Shown: positions 23,032 to 35,076 of the stretch, piece after piece
Position numbering within the stretch: position 1 is the stretch's first letter
Layout: each line of letters opens with the position of its first letter
From: Malacoraja senta
Taxonomy: Eukaryota
Length of the DNA: 64,000 bases
Assembly: GCA_038087875.1 (NCBI GenBank)
Contig: JAXLNO010003783.1
Location: forward strand, 1 to 64,000
Reading direction: 5' to 3'
Position numbers and translations under genes: made by a program
The notes under the pieces: model-generated
Told to the model about the DNA's origin: nothing
The model's database searches: none
Seen by the model: only the letters and a program-made list of their open reading frames with translations

Positions 23032-26000
23032 ATGTATAAAACGTCCACAATTATTATTCGGTATGTGCTTAAAGGTATTATCTGTGAGCGACTACTTTCA
23101 GTTGTGCCAAGTAATGATGGTACAGGACAGGGACTTTTTGATCTATTGATTGAAACATTACAGCATCTTAAAATTGACCCCCAAAAATGTTTATCTGTAT
23201 TATGTTTAACTATATTACAAAGTTAGAAACTAGTATTCCAAATCTATTAAATCTAATAACACAATTTGGTCAGTTCTCAGGATATAGGATTAATTGGAAT
23301 AAAAGTGAAATTATGCCAATAACAAAATTCAACTTAAATACAATACAACAATCCCCTTTTAAAATAGTTAAAGATAAACTTAAATATTTAGGAATCTATG
23401 TAACTAAGACATATACCTCTTTATTTAAACAAAATTTTCCATCCTTACTTAATAAATTACACAAACATATTCAGTACTGGAAAACACTTCCTATTTCAAT
23501 GCTTGGTAGAATTAATGCTATAAAAATGATTTTCTTACCGCAACTACTATATTTATTTCAATTAATTCCGATATATATTCCAAAAAACATTTTCAAAAAA
23601 GTCGACTCCATTGTTTCAAGCTTTATTTGGGATTATATGAATCATAGAATAAGTAAAAAACATTTATGGAAGTCAAAGAGCAACGGAGGTTTGGCCTTGC
23701 CAAATTTATTATTTTATTTTTGGGCAGTCCATATTAAAAACATGAATTTCTGGCTGGAAGAAATGGACCAACAACCAGAATGGTTAAGGATGGAAAAGGA
23801 AGACTGTTTACCTTTTGAAATAGGTTCGATTATATTTGCTACCACAAAATTGCATAAAAAAACCTATAAGGAAAACCCTATAATACATAGTGGAATACGA
23901 ATTTGGAAACAATTAAAAAAGGCTTTAAAACTGAATAATATACCACTATGCCTTCCCATTGTAAATAATCCTCTATTCAAGCCATCCATATTGGATAGAG
24001 GTTTTATACAATGGAAAAATCAGGGAATTAAAAGGATTGGACATCTTTATAGGGAAGGCATCTTTCTGTCATTTCAAGAGTTACAACAGAATCATGGACT
24101 ACACTCAAATAACTTTTTCAGATATTTACAAATTAGAGATTATGTTAAATCCAATACACAAGTTTATAGGACTAGGGAACCAGAAATTCTTGATGAATGT
24201 TTGAATACGCATCCTAACACTGAAAAATTAATAGCTTATATTTATAACATTCTCCTAAATAATGAGGAACCACCGATGGAACTATATATACATAAATGAG
24301 AAAATGAGTTAGGTTATCCTATTACGAAAGATATTTGGGACGAAAGTTTACAACATATACATCAATGTTCGTTAAATGCCAGACATGCTTTAATACAATT
24401 TAAAGTCTTACACAGATTACATTATTCCAAAATAAAACTAAATAGAATTTTCCCACATATTTCTCCTATATGTGATAAATGCCTGCACCTAGAGGCCAAT
24501 TTAACACATACCTTTGCAAATTGTATAAAAATTAAAAATTACTGGACTGATATTTTTCAAATAATCTCTGAAGTTGTTAATACCAAATTGGCTCCAGACT
24601 CAAAATTAATAATACTTGGGATATCAGAACAAAGTTTAACACTCACAACAAGCCAAAGAAACTTCCTTGACTACAGTATAATAACTGGGAAAAAATTAAT
24701 ATTAAAATTCTGGAAAGGCCCTACAACCCCCACAATTAAAATGTGGATTGTGGAAATGTCGGAGACCCTACATCTAGAAAGAATTAGACTTGTCTTAATG
24801 GACAAGCAAGAACTTTTTGTTAAAATATGGGCTCCATTCATTGCCTATTTGAAGGGATAGAGTGGCCCAGCGCGAAAGCCCGACTGAAGCTTGAACTCAG
24901 GATTAGATGTAATTATATTTCATAACCTACGAACTTATCTCCTATGACGTATTATAAGTTATTCATTCCACCTCTTTTTCTTTTTTGATATTGTAATTCT
25001 TCTTTCTCTCTTTTCTTTCTTCTTTCTCTCTATTTTTCTTTTTCTATCTATATAAAAAAAAAACACTAGAAGCAGAAATAACTGACAATTGACAAATTTA
25101 ATAATGTATGAGTGATTGATGTATATGAAAAGTTTTTTCTTCTATTATAATATGTTACTCTACATTGTAATATGTTTGCTTCTAATAAAAATTTATATCA
25201 CAAAAAAAAAATGTTTATCTGATAGCACAGATGGCGCTGCAAGCTACTATGGCCAGTATAATGGTTTACAAAGTAAAATTGCTGATGTGGCTGATCAACA
25301 TGTTCATATACAATACAATACAATACGGTTTTATTCGTCACATTGCACATAAAGTGCAAGTGAAATGGTGCTATGCCCATGTCTTGAATTTGGTGATAAC
25401 TGAAACAACAAATGTTGTGAGCCTGCAGTTTCTTTTTTCAATTTGCTCCAGAATAGAGCAACTTTTGTGAAAGCATCATACAAGAGAATGGCTGTATGGA
25501 TAGAAGTTGTTGGAAAACATCTAGGATAAGAAAAAAATGAAACGATTAAAGCTAATTGGTGAGACCAGATGGTCAGGAAAATCCAATGCAGCAACAACTA
25601 TATTTGGAAGTTTTGATGATGCCGCTGCCAGTACTTTCGTAAATCTATTGACATGATTATCAATGATACAAGATTCAGAAAAGTTTGATGCAAAAACAAA
25701 ACATGAAGCAAATGTTTTACTTCAAAGTCTTCTAAAGTTTGAAACCATATTGACAGCATTTCTTTACTTGTATATATTTGAAACTACAACTCCGTTATCA
25801 AGTTATCTACAGACAAGTGGGTTAGATATGTTTACTGCATGGAGTTTGGTAGATTCAGCTACAACAAAGTTGAAGGAACAGACAAGAACATTTAATAACG
25901 TTCACAGCAAGGCTTTGGAATTTGTAAATAAATGTAATGACAGGATTTCACAGATGAATATGGATGAAAATCAAACATTGGAAATTATTGCGTTGGAAAC

Positions 26001-26700
26001 AGCATTGCCAGTTAAGAGGCAGAGGAAGAAGAAAAGAATGGCAGATGAGCTTATTGATGATAAAAGAAATTCCTCAGATTCTCTAGCTGATTTTTGAGTA
26101 AATGTGTTTAACCCAATAATGGATCGCATTGTCCAGTCACTAGAATCACGCTTTGTACAACACAAACAGTTGTATAAAGATTTGTCCTGCTTGGACCCAG
26201 CAAAGTTTAAAACTATTGCAGAGAAGGGCCTTGAAGATGAAGCATTGGAAGGTATTATTAAGCTGTTTCCACAAATCAGCAAAGATCAAGTAATATTGGA
26301 ATTGTTTTCTTTTGCTTCAAACTTTGATGTATTAAAGTTGCTTAATGATGTTGAGAATATGGATTCCAGTTGCAACAATTGTAAAATGTGCAGCACTTGC
26401 CCATCGAGTGTACTAAACATTCTGGCATCCAACAGACTTCATGACAAGGCATATGATAACCTTTATCAACTTTATAAAGTCATCTGCACACTATCAGTTA
26501 CTCAAGTCCAATGTGAGAGGACATTTTCAAAGCTAAAGATCATAAAGACAAGGTTAAGAAATTCGCTGTCTGAGGAGAATTTGGAATCATACATGTTGCT
26601 AACCATTGAAAAGGAATTGTTAGATGAATTGGATGCAGAAGCAATTATTGGCAGATTCGCACAATCATCTAGCGAACACAAACGATTGCTCTTAATATAG
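23032..26700 (+). pseudogene. hAT transposase remnant
   Basis: KCLS|DSTDGAASYYGQYNG rejoined across the L1; WCYAHVLNLVI; C-terminal dimerisation motif CERTFSKLKIIKTRLRNSL. Several stops, frameshifts and a small LINE-tail insert near 25311-25364. Confidence 0.88.
23198..25206 (+). mobile_element. 5'-truncated L1-clade LINE nested in the hAT transposase
   Basis: 370-aa ORF2 fragment (FSGYRINWNKS, KYLGI, GGLALPN), poly(A) tail, 15-bp TSD AAAAATGTTTATCTG at 23183-23197 and 25207-25221. Confidence 0.94.
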
Positions 26701-29026
26701 TGGACTGCATGCAATGCTCTATTGTGCTTTTCAACTATCTGTTAATGTGTAAATTGTGCAGTAAATTATTTTAAAATATCAATCAATTACTTAAAATTAA
26801 AAAAAAAATTATTATAACATTCTGTATTTACATTCGGTATCTACTGCCAGTAATATGTACAGTACATGTACACTGTAATTACTAAGAACCATTTTTTTCA
26901 CAAAAATTTTAAATTGTACCCTTTTTTCCATATGTATTTTTTGAAAATATTATTTATTCGTTATGAAAATTAAATGATAGCATTGTAGTTGTGGGTGGGC
27001 CCCCTTTGTCTCCTGGCAACCAATATTTTTAGACCCAGTCCGCCACTGCTTGCGGCACTCCACTCGCCACTTACTGCCATTCTGAAAAGGACCCGTTCAC
27101 TCCTACTCTTTGCTTCCGGTCTGCCAACCAATTTTCTATCCATGTCAACACCTTACCCCCAATACCATGAGCTCTAATTTTAGTCACCAGTGTCCCGTGC
27201 GGGACCTTATCAAATGCTTTCTGAAAGTCCAGGTACACTACATCCACTGGCACCCCTTCATCCATTTTACTTGTCACATCCTCAAAAAATTCCAGAAGAT
27301 TAGTCAAGCATGATTTCCCTTTCATAAATCCATGTTGACGGACTAATCCTTTTACTGCTATCCAAATGCCCCATTATTACCTCTTTAATAATTGACTCCA
27401 GCATCTTTCCCACCACCGAAGTCAGGCTAACTGGTCTGTAATTCCCTGTTTTCTCTCTCGCTCCTTTCTTGAAAAGTGGGATAACATTAGCTATCCTCCA
27501 ATCCACAGGAACTGATCCTGAATCTATTGAACATTGGAAAATGATCACCAATGCATCCACTATTTCTAGAGCCACCTCCCTGAGGACCCTGGGATGCAGA
27601 CCATCAGGTCCAGGGGATTTATCATCCTTCAGTCCCATTAGCCTACCCAATACTATTTCTCGCCTAATGAAAATTTCTTTCAGTTCCTCTACCCCCTTAG
27701 ATCCTCTGTCCTCCAGTACAGCTGGGAGATTGTTTGTGTCTTCCTTAGTGAAGACAGATCCGAAGTACCTATTCAACTCTTCTGCCATTTCCTTGTTGCC
27801 CATAATAATTTCACCCGTGTCTGCCTTCAAGGGACCCACATTTGACTTTGCTACTCTTTTTCCCTTAACATCTTTAAGCTTCTTTACTCAATGCTCTGAC
27901 TGATGAAGGACAAAGTGCCAAAATATTTTTTGACCACCTAATATACCAGCGACTCAACCTTCAAGGAACCATGCAACCATCAACCATTCCTCTGCCCACC
28001 TGGCTAATTGATCGAGATCCTGCTGCAATCTTTCACAACCATTTTCACTATTTGCAAATCCACTCACTTCTGTATCATCAGCAAACTTGCTAATCTTGCC
28101 CTGTTCTGTGACGTTTCACAGAGTGCTGGAGTAACTGAGTGCTGGAGTAATATTGCGAGGTCAGGCTGAGTACAGAAGTTGGGAGGTCATGTTGCAGTTG
28201 TATAAGAAGTTGATGAGGCCGCATTTAGAGTATTGTATTCAGTTCTGGGCACCATGTAATAGGAAAGATGTCATTAAACTGGAAAGGGTACAGTGAAGAT
28301 TTACGAGGATGTTGCCTCAGGACTAGAGGGCCAAGCTATAGGGAGAGGTTGAGTAGGCTGGTACTCTATTTCATGGAGCACAGGAGGATGAGGGATGATC
28401 TAATAGAGGTGTATACAATCATGATTTGAATAGATATGGTTGAGTCTTTTGCGCAGAGTAGGTGAATCGGGGAGCAGAGGACATAAGTTCAAGGTGAAGG
28501 GCTAAAGCTTTAATAGGAATCTGACAGGTATATTTTTCACACAAAGGGTGGTAGGTGTATGGAACAAGCTGCCAGAGGAGGTACAGACAGGGACTATCGC
28601 AAAATTTAAGAAACACTTAAACAGGTATATGGATAGGACATGTTCGGAGAGATATGGATCAAATGTGGACAGGAGGGACTAGTGTAGATGGGACATGCTG
28701 GGCCGAAGGGCCTGTTTCCACACTGTATCTCTCTATGACTATCTATCTTTCCCTCTCAAACCCATTCTCCTGCCTTCTCCCCATTACCTCTGACACCTGT
28801 ATCAATCAAGAATCTATCAATCTCCTCCTGAAAAGTGTCCATTGACTTGACCTCCACAGCTGTCTGTGGCAATGAATTCCACAGTTCACCACCTTCTGAC
28901 TTAAGAAATTCCTGCTCATCTTCTTCCTAAAGGAATGTATTTTAATTCTGAGGCTGTGGCCACTGGTCCTAGACTCTCCCACTAGTGGAAACATCCTCTC
29001 CACATCCACTCCATCCAGGTTTTTAC

Positions 29027-29172
29027 CAGGCTGGGACAGACGGCAACAGCTTCACACCGTGTCCCAAAGCTTGTGTCCTGTCCTGCTTCACCCAGGCAGC
29101 AGAGACGTTATAGGAGAGGGCAAGCACCGTCACAAAGTAGCTCACGATGGTTTGGGTAACATTCAGGAATGT
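29027..29172 (-). CDS. Candidate upstream exon of the SUN-like gene (hydrophobic stretch TFLNVTQTIVSYFVTVLALSYNVSAAW...)
   Basis: Non-repetitive island between repeats, 48 open codons, flanked by AG and GTAAAA. No recognisable homology; linkage to the SUN exons is not shown. Confidence 0.3.
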
Positions 29173-29240
29173 CTATGCATGTCACATCATGAATATAACT
29201 GAAGAAGGGTCTTGACCCGAAATATAATCTATACCTTTTC

Positions 29241-29485
29241 TCCAGAGATGCTGCCTGACCCAGTGATTTGCTCCAGCACTCTGTGAAATGTCACCTATCC
29301 ATGTTCTCCGCAGATGCTGCCTGACTCACTGAGTTACTCCAGCGCTCTGTGACATGTCACCTATCCATGTTCTCCAGAGATGCTGCCTGACGCACTGAGT
29401 TACTCCAGCACTCTGTGACATGTCACCTATCCATGTTCTCCACAGTTGCTGCCTGACCCGCTGAGTTACTCCAGCACTTTGTGTC
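29241..29485. repeat. Four tandem 66-bp units derived from the Penelope-type 3' repeat
   Basis: Unit starts at 29241, 29307, 29373 and 29439. Confidence 0.88.
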
Positions 29486-30419
29486 TATTTTCCCTTCAGC
29501 CATGTGCCCAAGCCCACTCTCCCCTCTCCTTTCCTATGTTCCTTTCCACCCATAAACCTATCTCTACCTTTACATTTCACTCCTCTTTCAAATCTGCTCT
29601 ACTTATCTACATGCATTTTTCTTCTTAACTTTTTAGTCATAGAATGATGCAGTGTGGAAACAGGCCCTTCAGCCCAACTTGCCCACACCGACCAACATGT
29701 CCCATCTAAACTAGTCCCACTCACACGCGTCTGGCCCATATCCATGTAAACCTCTCCTATCCATGTACGTGTCCAAATGTCTCTTAAACATTAGGATAGT
29801 CCCAGCCTTAACTACCTCCTCTGGCAGCTTGTTCCATATACCCACCACCCTTTGTGTGAAAAAGCTACCTCTCAGATTCCTGTTAATTTCTGAAATATTG
29901 GTCATGAATTTGATGCAAAAATGCTCCAAAATAAGGCTCAGAATGCATCAGAGAGCATCTAAAACCCCTGGACCCTGGCATCGAGGGACTTCACACTTCA
30001 CGCTCGTGATGTGCACAGCGCGCACATTATTTCACATTACAATCATGCACAGCGCGCACATTATTTCACATTACAATCTTTTTGTGATCCTGTCATGCCA
30101 CCCCCCTTTTTGAAAAGCTTCGTACGGGACTGAGTTAGGAAGGCATGTTGGTGCTTTACAGGTCATCAGCCACTGTGTAGCACTGGGAGATGGTACTGAT
30201 GAGTACAGTTTAGTCCTGGCACAGCAGTGTGTACTGATAGGGACAGATCTATCACTGCATAACAGAGAATGCTGGAGAAACTCAAGAGGTCAGGCAGCAT
30301 CTGTGGAGGGAATGGACAGACAACATTTTTAGTTGGGACTATTCTTCACACTGATTGTAGTATGGGGGAAGAAAGCTGGAAAAGAAAGCTGCCGTCCAAA
30401 AACGAAAACTTGAATAAGC

Positions 30420-30935
30420 CCTTGATATAAGCCTGGCCGATTGTTTCACTGAACACCTTCACTCATTCCGCCTGGACCTACCTGATCTCCCGGTTCCCAA
30501 ACACTTTACTTCCCCTTCCCATTCCCACACTGACCTTTCAGTCCTGGGCCTCCTCTTTTGTCAGAGTGAGGCCAAACGCAAATTAGAGGAACAGCATCTC
30601 ATATTTCACTTGGGCAGCTTACAACCAGTGGTATGAATATTGAGTTCTCTGACTTCGTAATCCCTGCATTCCCTCTCTCTCCATCCCTCCCCCACCCAAG
30701 TCGTACCAGCTTCAAAGTCCCTTCTCACCTAACAAACAGCTAACAATGGCCTGTTTTCTTTATCATCATTACTTTTGTGCAAATCTTTCATTGATTTGAT
30801 CTATAGCTCTCTACATCACCGTCTATATCTCCCTTCCCTTTCCGCAGTCTGAAGAAGGGTCTCAAACCGAAATGTCACCTTTACTCCAGAGATGCTATCT
30901 GACCAGGTGAGTTACTCCAGCTTTTTGTGTCTATC
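30420..30935 (+). mobile_element. Penelope-like element 3' fragment (GIY-YIG endonuclease C-terminus + terminal repeat)
   Basis: Decayed F.EHL...LPV..HF...LSVLGLL...RKLEEQHLIF peptide followed by ctgaagaagggtctc..ccgaaa. Confidence 0.8.
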
Positions 30936-31109
30936 TTCAGTGTAAGCTATAGCTTGCAAAAGGGTGGTTAATAAATATTATGTGAATGCTGCAGTGGGAT
31001 TAAACAATGTCGACAATTGATGCGTAACTGACAGGAAGCACAACTTTTTGTAAAATATCTCCTTTGTTCTGGAGGTGCATAACAATGTTGTCACTGCCCC
31101 TGTAGCATC

Positions 31110-31128
31110 TGGTGCCCTCTTGTGGTCA
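31110..31128 (-). promoter_or_regulatory. CTCF-like motif
   Basis: Minus strand reads TGACCACAAGAGGGCACCA; lies in a unique island between the two genes. Confidence 0.3.
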
Positions 31129-31704
31129 AAGTGACAGTAATCTGGCGGTTGCTGTCCACAGATATTTTATTACAAATTTGGAACAACAAAATTGATGCTG
31201 AGTCTCATCCCGGAATGTCAATAATTTCCTCCCTCCCCACAGATGCTGCTCGACCGCTGAGTTCCCCTAGGCTCCAGCAGTTTGTTTGTTGCTCCAGATT
31301 ATGAGAGGCGTAGACAGTCAGAACCATTTCACCAGTTTGGAAATGCTCAACTTTAGAGGCCAGAGCTAGAAAGTGAAAAGGGGAAGGTTTAATGGAGAAG
31401 TAGAGGGCGTGTTTCTTTATACAGTGGGCGGGCGGGGGGGGGGGGGGGGCTGGAACGCACTGTATGGGTGGTGGTAGTGCAGATATGATAGTAGGATTTA
31501 AGAGACTTTCAGATAGGCACATGGAAGTGCGGGGAATAATAATGAATTTTATTTATGGGCGCCTTATACCGAGGTCTCAAGGACACCTTACAGAGATTTA
31601 TGGTTAACATATAATCAGAATTAAAAAAATAAGTTATAAAGGCCAATACACAAATCAGGGACAGAATTCCTTCCAAAAACACAAAAAAGAAAATCAGACC
31701 ATTT

Positions 31705-32010
31705 TGTTTAGTTTTAGAGATACAGCGCTGAAATAGTCCCTTCATCCTACTGAGTCCGCGCCGACCAGCGATCCCCATAAACCAGCACCATCCGACACAG
31801 GTGAGACAATTTACCATTGTTTTTACCGAAGGACAATAACTTACAAACCTGTATGTCTTTGGAGTGTGGGAGGAAATCAGAGCTCCCGGAGAAATCCCAT
31901 GTGATCACGGGGAGAACGTACAAACACCTTACTGACAGCACCCGTTGTCAGGATCGAACCCGGGTCTCTGGCGCTGTAAGACAGCAGCTCCACCGCTGCG
32001 CCATTGTGCC
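31705..32010 (-). mobile_element. HE1-type SINE
   Basis: Full-length copy of the same family as 5821-6090. Confidence 0.85.
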
Positions 32011-34840
32011 ACCCCTAAATATGTTCACTATTCTATTGCAGAATCTCCAATCTCTCCCTCAATGTCAGCAAGGTGAATTTGAAGGAGCTAGTTATCGACT
32101 GCTGGAAGGAAGATGGTGTACAAGCCATAAGCTTCTGGGATGCACCGCAGCGGCAGAAGCAAATGACCACGGATCGCCCCACGGAACCCAACACGAATCG
32201 ACCAGGCGGCCGCCGAGAACGAAGATGGACTCGGCCGGTCGCCTGCAGCCATATGTGGCGGCAGGTTTGGTTCGCCGGTGTGAAGAGCAACCCGGTGGAA
32301 GCTGCTGAGCTTGGCCCCGAAACCCGGAGAGTCGTGGAGGAGGGAGCCGCTGCCGCCTACGGACGCAAGGAATGGGCCGCTAAGAGAGGGACTGAGGTAT
32401 TACCTCCAGGAGAGGAGTTGCCTCCCGGGACACAGAGCCAGTTGGGCGAGGAGAGGGACGTCTGTTGGCTGGCCGAGCTGGTCGAGGGTGACGGAGGAGG
32501 CCCCCCTGGCAATAGCCTGGGGTTTAACTGAGCTTACGTGGATCGGGGGCGCTCTAGTAAATCCAACATACGGACCGGACATTGGACTTTTTATTTTTCT
32601 TTTGTAAATACTGCCAAATTACGGCGACGGGAGCAAGAATTTCACTGTGCAGTGCATAAGTGACAATAAAGAATCATTGAAACATTGAAGTCAGAATCAA
32701 TACTGTAGAAGTGCGAGTGCTGAAGTGGGAATGGTGAAGAACTTCAAATTCCTCGGCATGAACAACCTGTTGCATTTTAGTCACTGGGGCAGAACTTTTA
32801 AAAGAATGGACGTTTAACAATCCATCTGCAGCAATATAGAAACAGAGAAAGCAGGTGCAGGAGTAGAAAATTATGGCCTTCAAGCCAGCACCGTCATTCA
32901 ATATGATCATGGCTGAGCATCCAGAATCAATACCCTGTTCCTGCTTTCTCCCCATATCCCTTGATTATGTAGCCCTAAGATCTAACTCTCTCTTGAAGAC
33001 ATCGAGTGAATTGGCCTCCACTGCCTTCTGTGGCAGAGAATTCCACAGATTCACAACTATCTGGGTGAAAGCGTTTTTCTTCATCTCATTCCTAAATGGC
33101 CTACCCTTTACTCGTAAACTGTGACTCCTGGTTCTGGACTCCCCCCAATATCGGGAACATTTTTCCTGCATCTAACTGTCCAATCCCTTAAGAATTTTAT
33201 ATGCGTCTATAAGATCCCATCTCATCCTAAATTCCAGTGAATATAAGCCCAGTCAGTCCATTCTTTCATCATATGTTAGTCCCGCCATACCGGGAAAAGA
33301 AATATTTTACTTTTTTATTGAACAATATCCTTGATTTTTTTGCTTTAAAAAAAAACATTCTGTTCCAGTCCCACCACAGAGATTTTTTGCTATATAATTC
33401 TTTGGCTCCTTTCCGCCTTCAATCAATTGAAAGCCAGAGTGGTAAAGACACTATTCATAGCATTGAGTATAAGAGTCAGGAAGTCATATGCTGCTTTATG
33501 GAACTTCAAAGATAGACACAAAATGCTGGAGTAACTCAGTGGGACAGGCAGCATCTCTGGATAGAAGGAATGGCTGACATTTCTGGTTGTGTCCCTTCAG
33601 GCTGAAGAGGAAAGGGAGACATGGAGATAAGGAAGTGTAAGGTATGAAAGAATGACATCAAATGAGATGTAGTTCAAGGAAAATGTAGAATAGATCATTA
33701 TTAGCCAGGAGTAGGTGTGAACGAAGCATACATAGATAATTTTTAATCAGGGGGACAGTCAGACTGGTCGGAGAATAGAACTTCAGATAGGCCACTTTTA
33801 GAATATTATCGGCATTTCTGGTTGCCCCAATGCAGGATGAATTTGAAAGCATGGAATTTGTGCAGAGGTGGTTTGCCAGAATGATGCACAGATTAGATAT
33901 TAGCTGGAAGGAGAGGTTGGACAGACTTAGATTGTAATCGCTAGAATGCTGGAGGTTGATAAAAGTATATAAAACTATGAGAGGCATAGATGGGATGGAG
34001 AGTCAGAATCTTTTCCACAGGGTGTAAATATAAAGTAATGGAGAGCATAGTTTTCAGGTGAGTGGGACATGGTGTAAAGGGCCATGTATTAACAGAAGGC
34101 TCAATGAGAGATTTCTGCACTGATGTTGAGACTGAGCTGCACATTTACACCTAGACACAACTTTAAACTGAGCTCATGTCTCTCCTCCCAGCTGAAAAAA
34201 AAGACGCATGGTATTACCTCAAATAAGGGCTGGGAAATTATTACACATGCATTGTCCAATTTTTATTACTTAAGCAATAACAGTAAAGTGGACTAAAGAC
34301 AGACACAAAAATGTTAGATAGAGCTCTAGAGGCTGGTGGAATCAAGGGATATGGGGAGAAGGCAGGCATTGATTGGGGACGATCAGCCATGATCACCATG
34401 AATGGCAGTGCTGGCTCGAAGGGCCGAAGGGCCTCCTCATGCACCTATTTTCTATGCTTATAAAAAGATGGAGTAACTCAGCAGGTCAGGCAGCACTTCT
34501 GGGAAAAAGGAAAAGGTGACGATTTGTGTTGAGACCCTTCCCGAAATGTCACCTATTCCTTTCCCCCAGAAATGCTGCCTGACCCGCTGAGTTACTCCAG
34601 CTTTTTGCATCTGCCTACAGTAAAACAAGCATCTGCAGTTCCTTCCTACACAGTAAAGTAGACTATCTGGTTTATCTAACACTGCAGTTTGTGGAATTGA
34701 CTGCATTCTGAATTGTAAAATCATTATACTTTGATAAACATCTATTCGGCTGTAAGATGCTATGTGAAATATGATTTTGTAATTGTTGTCCTTAAAACAC
34801 CAATATAATCCCTACCATAAAACCCAATCCGTAAACTGTA

Positions 34841-34886
34841 TTCACTGGTAATTAGTGACGAGAACAAGTGGTCTCATTCCCATTGG
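34841..34886 (+). promoter_or_regulatory. Candidate MHC SXY module (X2/CRE half-site TGACG + Y box ATTGG)
   Basis: TGACG at 34856-34860 and ATTGG at 34882-34886 are 21 nt apart (about 20 nt in HLA class I promoters), about 140 nt upstream of the leader ATG. Confidence 0.5.
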
Positions 34887-35024
34887 ATCTGGTTATCAGG
34901 TTTGTGTATACATGGACCAATAATTACCTTCACACCAGAGTTCTGTTAAAAACGTACAAGAGATTATGTTACTGTTGCTGCATTTACTCTGCTGGTTAAA
35001 TAGTGCTGTGGGCGGCTGTTAAAC

Positions 35025-35076
35025 ATGCTGCTTTTTACCTTACTGAACACTTACGGTGTGGCCACTGTCTCCTCTG
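35025..35076 (+). CDS. MHC class I leader exon MLLFTLLNTYGVATVSS
   Basis: ATG followed by a hydrophobic 17-aa peptide ending in small residues, then a phase-1 donor G|gtaagc that fits the alpha1 exon. Confidence 0.75.

Larger units (their letters stand above)
22004..27048 (+). mobile_element. hAT DNA transposon (Tip100/ZMYM1-like transposase), decayed
   Basis: 14-bp TIR CAGTGGCGGACTGG; perfect 8-bp TSD CTTGCGGC at 21996-22003 and 27049-27056. Confidence 0.93.
20991..27870 (-). mobile_element. CR1 LINE split by a hAT insertion
   Basis: RT ORF remnants at 21212-22003 and 27049-27870 (KSPGPDG, NYRPVSLTS, YLDFQKAFDKVPH) are continuous across the 8-bp TSD. Confidence 0.9.

Noticed and set aside
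23187-24299. Longest ORF (370 aa) as a host gene
   Set aside because: It is an L1 ORF2 fragment bounded by poly(A) and a 15-bp TSD.
31433-31448. Long G or C homopolymer runs here and at about 20473, 22450, 37484, 44986, 45881, 51629 and 56174
   Set aside because: Mostly parts of repeat families or simple slippage tracts; lengths may be unreliable in the assembly.
32130-32640. GC/CpG-rich stretch as a shared bidirectional promoter
   Set aside because: It ends in a LINE-type tail (gacaataaa plus a short repeat) like similar GC-rich patches near 45900, 56200 and 59640; most likely repeat-derived.
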